Positions 15,923 through 25,123 of a DNA stretch of 64,000 nucleotides are shown here, piece by piece. The stretch is taken from positions 3,523-67,522 of the forward strand of contig JAGVZE010000010.1 in NCBI GenBank assembly GCA_018302815.1, read 5' to 3'. Position 1 is the first letter of the stretch; each line of letters begins with the position of its first letter. The notes beneath the pieces were generated by a model, which worked only from the letters and a program-made list of their open reading frames with translations, searched no databases and had not been told where the DNA came from. The DNA comes from Candidatus Woesearchaeota archaeon (GTDB lineage Archaea > Nanobdellota > Nanobdellia > Woesearchaeales > ARS49). A program made the translations under genes and the position numbers.

Positions 15923-16870
15923 ATGAAAGCATCAGTAATAATTTCTGATGTGAATTCACAAGGCATGCTGATCGCATCAGTATATTCTACAGTCACTCAA
16001 GATCTGCCCTGCCAAGATTTTGAAATCTTACTTCCGATCAATAACGAAATCAACTTTGAAGACCTGCAACTACTTAGGGCAATCCAATCAGAGCACAGCA
16101 ACCTGCACCTCATTGATTCAACCGGAAGTAACCGAAGCCAAGCGATAAACACTGCATGTAAACTCGCCAAAGGAGACATCCTGCTTTTCACAGAATCGCA
16201 CTGCTTAGCCCCCAGAAATTGGATACGAAAATTCGTGGAGCAATTCAAAGATAAAAAAATCAAGCTTTCACTCGGCACAACAATATCCGTGGCAAGCGCT
16301 TCACCAGTGTCCATCGCCGAATCAAAGCAACAAAAACAATCGACTGATAACTCCATCAAATTAGGGCTGGATAAATCATATTTCGATTTTCATAATTGCG
16401 CCATCAGAAAGGACTCATTTTGGGAATTAAACGGATTGAATGAAGAAATCCCAATATTCGCTGAATTCGATTTTGGAGCACGAGCGGTCGATCAAGGCAG
16501 ATCCATCAAAAAATCAAATGGAACTGTGCTGCATTTTAATGATACCAGCCTTGCGCGCCATTCACTAATAATATCCGCACAAGGAGAAAATAAGATGAAG
16601 CTTTATCTGCAAAAGGATGAAAAATACATACGACGCTATTTTCCCATGCCAAAACTGATACGTTTCAAAAGAATACTGGTGCCCTTTAGACGGTCGATAG
16701 AGTTAGCTCTCATATTCCTGAAAAATGTTTGGATAATCGGATTCGTACTGACAGTAATATTAAATATGCCATCTGCACAAGTTTCATTCTTCAGGCAATT
16801 CGCGATAGCAAGCCACAGACTTGGAACCATAAAAGCACTGTCGAAGACACAGCCGAGAAAAAGGAAATAA
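15923..16870 (+). CDS. GT2-like glycosyltransferase (atypical, ESHC)
   Basis: SVII, Q....FEI, AIN....LAKGDILLF-TESHC, YFDFHN.AI, EFDFG.R. Confidence 0.78.
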   Translation: MKASVIISDVNSQGMLIASVYSTVTQDLPCQDFEILLPINNEINFEDLQLLRAIQSEHSNLHLIDSTGSNRSQAINTACKLAKGDILLFTESHCLAPRNWIRKFVEQFKDKKIKLSLGTTISVASASPVSIAESKQQKQSTDNSIKLGLDKSYFDFHNCAIRKDSFWELNGLNEEIPIFAEFDFGARAVDQGRSIKKSNGTVLHFNDTSLARHSLIISAQGENKMKLYLQKDEKYIRRYFPMPKLIRFKRILVPFRRSIELALIFLKNVWIIGFVLTVILNMPSAQVSFFRQFAIASHRLGTIKALSKTQPRKRK

Positions 16871-16871
16871 A

Positions 16872-17855
16872 ATGTTAAAAAAAATATCAACATACTTGAA
16901 AAAAGTGATGAAACTGCAGTTGAGTGCACCTGCCCACGTGAATATAGAGATTTCAACCGCCTGCAATCTGAAATGCAAGATGTGCAAACGAGAGAAATTC
17001 GATTTCGGGAATAAACTGATGCCATTTGAGACATTCACCGCAATAATGGAAAAACTTCCCAAAGGAGTCGAAATAATATCTTTCGGAGGATATGGCGAGA
17101 TGACGCTCCACCCCCGATTCTTTGATATGGTAAAATATGCAAAAGAAAAAGGATACCGAACAGAAACAACATCAAATGGAACTTTATTTTCAACTGATGA
17201 AAAAATTCACAAGCTTCTTGAAAGCAAACTTGACACCATACGAATATCAGTGGATCACATACGCGAACCGCTCGAAGAAAATGATGCAGGACACGTATTC
17301 TCTTCGACACTATTGCAAAATCTGAAAAGGCTTAACGAACTTAGACGCGAAACAAAAAAATCCATGAAATTATGCATAAACACAGTAGTTCACGCAGGAA
17401 ACATCGATGAACTTATCGAGCTAGTGAAATATTTTGAAGATATAGGCTTTGATATGGTCGAGTTCATAAGACTTGACACTAATATGAACAATGCGCAACG
17501 AACACTCCAAATACAAAAAGAAAAAGAAACATACACAACAATATTGAAAATGAATAAAAGAATAAAAGTCATAACTCCTTTAAACAGATTCGCAAAATGG
17601 CGAAAGTACTATGCATCCAACAACACATTCTGCATATTCCTTCATCAATGCGCACACATAAGAATCAACGGACAAGTCACACCTTGCGCATTTGGATTCG
17701 CCATGCACGATTTTGGCAACATACACGAGCAAAGCTTGACGCAAATCTGGAACAATGATGAATTCTTGCGCATCAGGAAAAACCCCGAGAATCCAACCTG
17801 CCAAAACTGCAAAATATTCAAATGGCCAGCCAATATTTTGCCCACAAAACAATAG
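16872..17855 (+). CDS. Radical SAM protein with SPASM/twitch domain
   Basis: CNLKCKMC, GYGE..LHP, TSNG, C-terminal C...I..NG.V.PC...GN.....L..IWN...C..C. Confidence 0.88.
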   Translation: MLKKISTYLKKVMKLQLSAPAHVNIEISTACNLKCKMCKREKFDFGNKLMPFETFTAIMEKLPKGVEIISFGGYGEMTLHPRFFDMVKYAKEKGYRTETTSNGTLFSTDEKIHKLLESKLDTIRISVDHIREPLEENDAGHVFSSTLLQNLKRLNELRRETKKSMKLCINTVVHAGNIDELIELVKYFEDIGFDMVEFIRLDTNMNNAQRTLQIQKEKETYTTILKMNKRIKVITPLNRFAKWRKYYASNNTFCIFLHQCAHIRINGQVTPCAFGFAMHDFGNIHEQSLTQIWNNDEFLRIRKNPENPTCQNCKIFKWPANILPTKQ

Positions 17856-17931
17856 AATTCACACAAAATAAATAAATTGCCCAGATGAAACCATCAACAA
17901 AAGAAGTCATATATTCGCTGAACTTACAAAT

Positions 17932-18522
17932 CTAACTATTCATTCCCTGCGGGAAAACAAACTCGCCCTTCTGGCACAGAACTACATCTTCTCCATTCAT
18001 CTTGCCAAGAGACCAGCCCTTTTCCCTACCCATCTCGTAAATTCGTTCCAAAAGCTGAGTTCGGTTGTAAGGAGTTCGCTCATAGCAGTACACATCGCCG
18101 CCAATCTGATAGAACGGCTTTGCAGCAGCTGAACTTGAAGGCCAGAAAAAGCCAGTGACTTCCTCTGCAGGGCTCGTAGTTGGAACAGAATAACAGCTGA
18201 ACGCGTCCTGAGGCGCTGGAATCTTGAATGACAAATCATTCCAACAAACGCTCATCTCGCGGATTGTTCTAAATTCTCCCTTAAAAAAAATCATTATGGG
18301 CGTTCGAGAGCCGATTGTCTGCATAGGTCCGGAAGGAACCTGAGGCGAAGGGCCGCCAGGCATATACCTTGGCAAAGCAGTTGTTTGAGCTATACCGCCA
18401 CCGTAGACTTCACTCACACCATATGCTGCAAGACCCTTGTTGACTGTTAAAAGAACTAACGCGGAAATAGCAACAATTAGAACAATACCAAATATAAACG
18501 TTGACGTCTGCCCTCTTTTCAC
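17932..18522 (-). CDS. Pilin-like/secreted protein with class III signal peptide
   Basis: MKRG|QTSTFIFGIVLIVAISALVLL; four Cys; N-glycosylation sequon NRT. Confidence 0.7.
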   Translation of the reverse strand: MKRGQTSTFIFGIVLIVAISALVLLTVNKGLAAYGVSEVYGGGIAQTTALPRYMPGGPSPQVPSGPMQTIGSRTPIMIFFKGEFRTIREMSVCWNDLSFKIPAPQDAFSCYSVPTTSPAEEVTGFFWPSSSAAAKPFYQIGGDVYCYERTPYNRTQLLERIYEMGREKGWSLGKMNGEDVVLCQKGEFVFPQGMNS

Positions 18523-18602
18523 AAATATCAGAAAGACCTTCCAGTTCTTAAACCTTTGCTAGTTGCGATTACTTTTTATACCCTCCACCGGTTCTTTCAA
18601 TC

Positions 18603-19664
18603 ATGCACGTAGGCATCTATACTGAATGTCTCACTAAACGGTACACGGGAGTAGAAGTGATGGCTCACAGGCTGGTTGAAGAAATCTCTAAAACAAACAA
18701 AGTAACGTGCTTCCACACAAAAAACAAGACACATCCACTATTTACAAATGTAAAACACCACTTATTCAGACGATCTCTGCCAATTCCGGCGTACAACCAA
18801 CTCGCCTCTTTTTTCAGAATGAACTGTTTTAACAAAGTAGACTTGCTCCACCTTCCGCACCCTCACGTGCCCTTCGTGAAAATGCCAAGCATACCTGTTG
18901 TCATGACAGTGCACGATATAATCCCTGCATTTCACCCTGAATTTCATAACACAAAAAGAAGTTTCTATTTTAAACACATACTCCCTGGATTTATTCGCAA
19001 AATGGACGCAATACTTGCGAGCAGCGAAACAACCAAAACGGACCTCATCACACATTACCGGTTGGATGAACAGAAAATCCACGTAGTACCACTGGCGCTG
19101 CCTGAAAAGAAAAACGTAGTGCGCACTCCGCAAGAATTCATTTTATACCTTGGCACTCTTGAACCACGAAAGAATGTCGATGGAATAATCAAAGCGTACT
19201 CACTTCTTAGAAAACAAGGAATCACACATAAACTTGTAATCGCAGGAGGCATGGGCTGGAATTACGAGCACATTTTCAAACTCGTCAGGCAATCAGGCCT
19301 TGAAAACGAAGTGATATTCAAAGGGTATGTCGATGAAGATGAAAAACGAAGACTCTACCAAACCGCAGCACTCTTTGTTTGGCCCTCATTCTATGAAGGA
19401 TTCGGCCTTCCGGTTCTCGAAGCGATGCAGTACGGAGTTCCTGTCGTGACGTCCACCGCGTCCTCCCTTGCGGAAATCGCGGCGGATAGCGCACTCCTTG
19501 CGGATCCGCACTCTCCTGAGTCAATTGCTGATGCTATGAGCGCAGCGCTTGAACCAGTCATGCAAAAAAAACTCTCTCGAAAAGGAATCGAACGCGCCCG
19601 CCTCTTCACAATAGATAATTACGTGAAGAAAACGATTGACGTATATTCAAAGGTGGCTCGATGA
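18603..19664 (+). CDS. GT4 glycosyltransferase (mannosyltransferase-like)
   Basis: TVHD, GTLEPRKN, PSFYEGFGLPVLEAM. Confidence 0.92.
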   Translation: MHVGIYTECLTKRYTGVEVMAHRLVEEISKTNKVTCFHTKNKTHPLFTNVKHHLFRRSLPIPAYNQLASFFRMNCFNKVDLLHLPHPHVPFVKMPSIPVVMTVHDIIPAFHPEFHNTKRSFYFKHILPGFIRKMDAILASSETTKTDLITHYRLDEQKIHVVPLALPEKKNVVRTPQEFILYLGTLEPRKNVDGIIKAYSLLRKQGITHKLVIAGGMGWNYEHIFKLVRQSGLENEVIFKGYVDEDEKRRLYQTAALFVWPSFYEGFGLPVLEAMQYGVPVVTSTASSLAEIAADSALLADPHSPESIADAMSAALEPVMQKKLSRKGIERARLFTIDNYVKKTIDVYSKVAR

Positions 19665-20605
19665 AAGTCACAATACTCGTATCCGAAATGGACAACCAAG
19701 GAATGATATTATTCACACTGCACGCGCTCTGCACGCAAAACTACCCCGAAGAACTATATGAAATCATCGTACCCGATATGGGCACTTTTTGCGCGGAAGA
19801 TCGAGCGTTAATAGCTCAATTGCAAGAACAGTTCCCTCAATTGAAAATATTGAAAGACCCATCCAAGAACCGCGCAGAACTCTTCAATCTTGCAGCAAAA
19901 CAAGCGAAAGGAGAACTATTCTGCCTCATAGAAAGCCACTGCTATGCTCACAAAAACTGGATAGCGAACTACGTGAATCTGTTCAAGAAAGAAGGATTCG
20001 ACCTCGCGGCAGGAACCTTCAAAACAGTGCCTACTGATTCTCCCGTAGGTCATGCGCAGGACGAATTCTTCAATGAAGTATGCAGAAGAATCGAGAAACA
20101 AAAAGTCAAATGGTCCTATTTTGACTGCCACAACTCAGCCATCACCCGCACCTGTTATGAAAAACTCAACGGAATGGACGTGCGCTTGCCGAATATGTGC
20201 GAATTCGAGCTGGGAGCCAGAGGCTGCGAACTTGGACTTTCAATACTGCGCACACCAACCAACTTAGTTTGGCATTTCAACGACAACCGCCTCTCCAATT
20301 ACTCGAAAATCGTCCACTGGCAGGGAATAGACCGCACACGCATGCTCATCATCCACGGACCAGAATTCATTAGAAAATATTTTCCTAACCCCCGCTTTGT
20401 CAAACTGCTCCCATACCTCACCCGCCTGCGGCCCATTTTCCTCGCTGCCACACTTTCACTCGTATATCTTTCCAGAATAGGAATCATGGCATCAAGACTC
20501 CTCAAACTCAAAAAGCAGTCAGCTCACTTTTTCATGCACCACGCAGAAAACAGCGTACGCTACGGAATGATAAAAGGCCTTAAAAATTCAAATCAGGTTC
20601 GATGA
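19661..20605 (+). CDS. GT2-like glycosyltransferase (atypical, ESHC)
   Basis: Q.YP...YEIIV.D, N.AA..AKGE, IESHC, YFDCHN.AI, EFELG.R. Confidence 0.78.
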   Translation: MKVTILVSEMDNQGMILFTLHALCTQNYPEELYEIIVPDMGTFCAEDRALIAQLQEQFPQLKILKDPSKNRAELFNLAAKQAKGELFCLIESHCYAHKNWIANYVNLFKKEGFDLAAGTFKTVPTDSPVGHAQDEFFNEVCRRIEKQKVKWSYFDCHNSAITRTCYEKLNGMDVRLPNMCEFELGARGCELGLSILRTPTNLVWHFNDNRLSNYSKIVHWQGIDRTRMLIIHGPEFIRKYFPNPRFVKLLPYLTRLRPIFLAATLSLVYLSRIGIMASRLLKLKKQSAHFFMHHAENSVRYGMIKGLKNSNQVR

Positions 20606-20609
20606 AACC

Positions 20610-21680
20610 ATGCGCATACTACACCTCGCCAAATACTACCCTCCAACAAAAGGAGGCATGGAAACCCACATCTCAACACTATGTGAAGAGCTCAGCTCAC
20701 AAGGACATGACGTCACATGCTACGCGTTCGGACAGGTGAAGGAAAACACAAAAGGAGTGAACGTAAAAATCTTCAAGAGCCTGTTCAAAACACCACCCTT
20801 CTCACCTGCTCTCCTATGGACTCTATTAACCAATCGAAATAAATTTGATATTGTACATGTACACATGCCAAACCCATGGGTTGAACTTTGCGCACTCATA
20901 GCAAAACCAAAAAAACTCGTCGCATCATACCATTCAGACATCATAGGCAAACGCGGAGCGTCGTTGTATTTGCCCTTCCAAAGAATTCTGCTTCGACGCG
21001 CTAACGCAATAATATCCGCATCAAAACAATATTCTCAAACATCCGACCAACTAAGGCGATTCCACTCAAAAATCACACTAATACCGTACGGGATAACTCC
21101 TTTAGCCATATCAGATACTCAATTGGTCAAAGAAATACGTTCTCGCTCAAAGGGCCCAATTTATCTTTTCGTCGGAAGACTAGTCCACTATAAGGGAGTT
21201 CGCTACCTGATAGAAGCTATGGGAAGCACCGATGGAACGCTCATAATTGTCGGAGATGGCCCCCTCAAAAAAGAGCTAGCCGATCTTGTGCGCTCTCTCA
21301 AACTCAGCGATAAGATTGTTTTTGCGCAAAACGTGACTGATGAGCAGCTGCCATCATTTTATGAAGCGTGCGACGTTTTTATCCTCCCCTCTATAAATCG
21401 AGCTGAAGGTTTTGGAATAGTACAACTAGAAGCGATGATGCGCGCAAAGCCAGTCATCAGCACAAGACTTGGAACAGGAACCGATGAGATCAACATTCAC
21501 GGTAAAACCGGACTCACAGTTGAACCTGAAAACCCAAAACAGCTATCAGACGCAATGAATACTCTTGACCGCGACCCCTTGCTAAGAATAGCTCTTGGAA
21601 AGGAAGCAAAGAAAAACGCGTCAAAATATAGCGCCTCAAGAATGACCCGCGATATTCTTGCTATTTATCGAACTATTTGA
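20610..21680 (+). CDS. GT4 glycosyltransferase
   Basis: KYYPP..GG.E, HMPNP, VGRLVHYKG, EGFGIVQLEAM. Confidence 0.92.
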   Translation: MRILHLAKYYPPTKGGMETHISTLCEELSSQGHDVTCYAFGQVKENTKGVNVKIFKSLFKTPPFSPALLWTLLTNRNKFDIVHVHMPNPWVELCALIAKPKKLVASYHSDIIGKRGASLYLPFQRILLRRANAIISASKQYSQTSDQLRRFHSKITLIPYGITPLAISDTQLVKEIRSRSKGPIYLFVGRLVHYKGVRYLIEAMGSTDGTLIIVGDGPLKKELADLVRSLKLSDKIVFAQNVTDEQLPSFYEACDVFILPSINRAEGFGIVQLEAMMRAKPVISTRLGTGTDEINIHGKTGLTVEPENPKQLSDAMNTLDRDPLLRIALGKEAKKNASKYSASRMTRDILAIYRTI

Positions 21681-24236
21681 TTTCATACTAGAAAAATTAG
21701 AGCGCGAATTTGATTCTGGCGAACGCTCCCATTCTATTCTCCACACGAGTATCCGCTCAGGATCGAATTCCTCGTGGGCAAGAGAGAAACCATCGAACGC
21801 GCCCCCCACATAGAATCCGACAATCATACTGTTCACATATTCCTCGGACACTATCATCGACTTGAAGACGCCCTCGTCCTCAAAGACAATCAATGAATGC
21901 TCTGAAGGAGCATCATCATACAATCGTTCATATCTAGTCTCATTCATAATAATCACTACCCGTCTTGGATGGGTCTTTCCCTTCACCGCACCCACTTTTT
22001 CTGAATCGACCAAGAAATCCCCGCACATTAAATCAGCCTCATTCACAGGCCTGCACATCCTCAAAGGAGACACATATCCGTCAGGCGGCGCTATCTCCTG
22101 CGCAAACGCGTCCTCGTACAACTGCTCAGCGCCAGATTGGGACAAACCCAACTCTTCACTGATTCGCGATATCGCTTGTTCCTGCGGAATCTTCAGCACC
22201 AACTCACGCACGATGCCTAAAGTCTCGTTCCACTTCGATATTGTTGAGATTGACGGAATCACATCAAGGATATCCCTATTCATCAAAAAATACGCTTCAG
22301 GGGGAGCGCAATGCGTGAGATTAAGCAGATCACCAGCCGCGCGCTCATCCAAGATTTTTTTTGCGGTTTCTTCATCACTACGAAGAACTTCCTCAATAAC
22401 GTACCCCGCAGAAAGCCCTAACCGGGATTCTAACACCTGCAATCCATCATGACCTGCGCAGTCAATCATCCGAAACACATTCATCGCGAAAGATTCGTTA
22501 TCGGACAGAAGCGCCCTTGACATCCAATGAGCCACATCAGTAGGACCAGCATCAAGAACTGTGCCTCGCCTCGATGCGTATTGCCAAACATAACCAAAAT
22601 CCCACCACGTATTAATTATGCTAGCCCTGGACGTGTTGGCCTGAAACCACTCCCCTGTTTTTGCTATCGCATCATTCATCCTAGGCAAAGGCACAGTATC
22701 AGTATCAATCATTGAAACACCAACTGTTGAAGAGAGCGCCAAAAGAACCACGACACAAACAACACGCCGGGAATTTATGTCCAAACTGGAGAAAAAGTCA
22801 GCAGTCCAACGAGCCAATTTCGCGAAAGAAAACCCTGCCAATATGCACGCAGGCGGAGCGAGGAAAAACATAAAACGGTTCCCCTGCAGAGTCGGCAAGA
22901 AAAGAACAGCCATCCACGATAGGAAGAAAAGCTCAGCCGGCATCAAAGTACGACGAACGAGCCGCGCGCATAACATCACAAGCGCGGCAAAAACAAACCC
23001 TACAAACACCAACCCACCGAAATTTTCCACCCACACCGATACGCTTGGAGCCATCAACTCCATAACCGTCTCGTGGATTCCAGGCATCTTGTTCGTAAAC
23101 TGAAACTTCCTTAGAACCTTTCCAACATATCCGAACCACCATAAAAACGCCAGCGAGGCCACGCCCAACAGGGCAGCTAAAGACGCGCGAGTTATCTTAG
23201 ACTCTCTATCAGGCGCGCACCAAACTGAAAACGCGGAGTACGCCAAAAAAAATGCTGCCAAAACACCCAGCACAAAATACCAGCCTCCCCAGCTAAAACG
23301 CAGACCAACAAGAGCAAGGCAAGCAATCACGACTGCGGCCACCTTTTGAAGCACGCCTTTTCGCATAAACAAAACCACTCCAAGAAAGAAAATTAAAGAC
23401 AGAGGCATTATCACTATAGTAGTATCGGTAAAACCAGCCATATTCTGACGAAAAAAAAAAGGGTGCATCGCGAACAACAAAGACGCAAGGAAAGCCACAA
23501 TCCTATCTTGGAACCCAAGAAACGCGATAATAAATACCAGCACAACAGATATCATTCCTAAAAAGACAGGAAGATAAAATGCAGACTCCATCAATGACGA
23601 ATCTGAATCGAAGACGTTCCAAACTTTAAAGAAATACGCCTCGATGAACGGCAACAATGTGAACTCAGCTCCCACACCCTGCGGTTTTCGACGCAAGGAG
23701 TCGAATGGAACTTCATCCTTTAGCGTATCGCCCTGATGCCCTCGTTCCAACACGTTCCTTGCGTATCGAAGAAAATAGTACGCATCATACTCCAAAAGAT
23801 ATGGATGCCCCTCTTTTGCCTTGAACTTAGCCTTGTTTTCCTCAATCGCTGATTGAAGTGCGCCGCTTTGCTTTAGCTTAGCAAGAGTCTCTTTTATCTT
23901 TGGCCCCGCAATAGCGGAAATCTCGCCCCCGAGCAACTGAGGATACTGCGCTTGAATCTGACGCGTGACCTCATTTGAAACCGCGCCCTCTATCTGCTTT
24001 TCAAAAATCCCATCCATCACGCTCAAAGAGGCAGTCGAAGATAGTATCAAAGCGCACACGATAAGCGGAATCAAAATAAGCATCCAAAGCGCAGGCTCGA
24101 AAAACGGCTCGCGCTCTTTTTGAACCGGCTCATCTTTTACCTCCTCAGCTTTTTTTTGCTTTTCGAAAAACTCGCCCATGTTAAGATATTGACCCACTGA
24201 TTGATGAGCGTGCTTTTCAGGCAAGGACTGAGTCAT
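21636..24236 (-). CDS. aglB: Oligosaccharyltransferase AglB (STT3 family)
   Basis: EYDAYY, GFTDT, TV.EL, RF, WWDFG motif; about 13 TM helices plus soluble C-terminal domain. Confidence 0.92.
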   Translation of the reverse strand: MTQSLPEKHAHQSVGQYLNMGEFFEKQKKAEEVKDEPVQKEREPFFEPALWMLILIPLIVCALILSSTASLSVMDGIFEKQIEGAVSNEVTRQIQAQYPQLLGGEISAIAGPKIKETLAKLKQSGALQSAIEENKAKFKAKEGHPYLLEYDAYYFLRYARNVLERGHQGDTLKDEVPFDSLRRKPQGVGAEFTLLPFIEAYFFKVWNVFDSDSSLMESAFYLPVFLGMISVVLVFIIAFLGFQDRIVAFLASLLFAMHPFFFRQNMAGFTDTTIVIMPLSLIFFLGVVLFMRKGVLQKVAAVVIACLALVGLRFSWGGWYFVLGVLAAFFLAYSAFSVWCAPDRESKITRASLAALLGVASLAFLWWFGYVGKVLRKFQFTNKMPGIHETVMELMAPSVSVWVENFGGLVFVGFVFAALVMLCARLVRRTLMPAELFFLSWMAVLFLPTLQGNRFMFFLAPPACILAGFSFAKLARWTADFFSSLDINSRRVVCVVVLLALSSTVGVSMIDTDTVPLPRMNDAIAKTGEWFQANTSRASIINTWWDFGYVWQYASRRGTVLDAGPTDVAHWMSRALLSDNESFAMNVFRMIDCAGHDGLQVLESRLGLSAGYVIEEVLRSDEETAKKILDERAAGDLLNLTHCAPPEAYFLMNRDILDVIPSISTISKWNETLGIVRELVLKIPQEQAISRISEELGLSQSGAEQLYEDAFAQEIAPPDGYVSPLRMCRPVNEADLMCGDFLVDSEKVGAVKGKTHPRRVVIIMNETRYERLYDDAPSEHSLIVFEDEGVFKSMIVSEEYVNSMIVGFYVGGAFDGFSLAHEEFDPERILVWRIEWERSPESNSRSNFSSMKSNSSINSKNIAGHS

Positions 24237-25123
24237 TCTTTCACCCTACGCGCGATCACAAAGAGCTGTATGCCTCCCGTTGGAAACAGCCAAAAAATCG
24301 GATAGGTCAATAGCGCAGGAACAATAAAAAGTCGACGGCACGCCCTTAAAATCAAGCGCTTCAAACTAAATCCTCTAACATCAACTGACCTATATGAGTT
24401 TCTTGCGCTTGGAAGAGCAAGAGCCACAATCCGTTCAAACGTGAAAACCCAATTGCCAAAATGATGAGTTTGTATCTTCGCAGAAAACCCATTGCGCCTC
24501 AAAAATTGCCTCAATGAGCGAGCATTCCACCTCAAAAAGTGATGAGGCGGACTATCCATCTCCTTTGGAAGAAGCCGAGATGAAATAGGACGATTCGGAA
24601 CAGTAAGAACCAGCACACCGTCACGCTCCAACATCAAGGAAATGCCGCGCAAGAAACCAGCAGGATCAGACTGATGCTCAAGAGTCTCAAAACAAGTTAT
24701 AATGTCAAAACACCCGCGTTTTTTCAAGCAGTATTCCTGCGGGCTTGCCGCAGAAAGCATCAATCCATACTCCCTCTTCCCATATTCAATCAGAGAACGA
24801 TTGAAATCCATACCTTCGACCGAGTATCTGCCCCTGCACTTATTCAGAAAATTCCCAGTGGCACACCCTACATCAAGAAGCGTTTTTTTGCCATTGAAAC
24901 GTTTCCCGCAAAAAACTTTGTGATACCATGCAAGAGGAACATCACGCTCCAACTGAGCGTAGTCAGGATGACTCTCATAAAAAACAGGGTCTATCACAGA
25001 TGGACTTGAAAACACAAGATCGCACCTAACGCACTTGAAAAGCGTAAAATCCATCCAACGCTCAACAAAAACGCAAGGAGCTTCCAACTCGCAAGAAGGG
25101 CACATTGAAGAAACCTCAACCAT
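24233..25123 (-). CDS. Class I SAM-dependent methyltransferase with N-terminal Zn ribbon
   Basis: CPSC..CVRC, LLDVGCATG, FDII...E.LEH..DP, TVPN, PPHH. Confidence 0.85.
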   Translation of the reverse strand: MVEVSSMCPSCELEAPCVFVERWMDFTLFKCVRCDLVFSSPSVIDPVFYESHPDYAQLERDVPLAWYHKVFCGKRFNGKKTLLDVGCATGNFLNKCRGRYSVEGMDFNRSLIEYGKREYGLMLSAASPQEYCLKKRGCFDIITCFETLEHQSDPAGFLRGISLMLERDGVLVLTVPNRPISSRLLPKEMDSPPHHFLRWNARSLRQFLRRNGFSAKIQTHHFGNWVFTFERIVALALPSARNSYRSVDVRGFSLKRLILRACRRLFIVPALLTYPIFWLFPTGGIQLFVIARRVKE

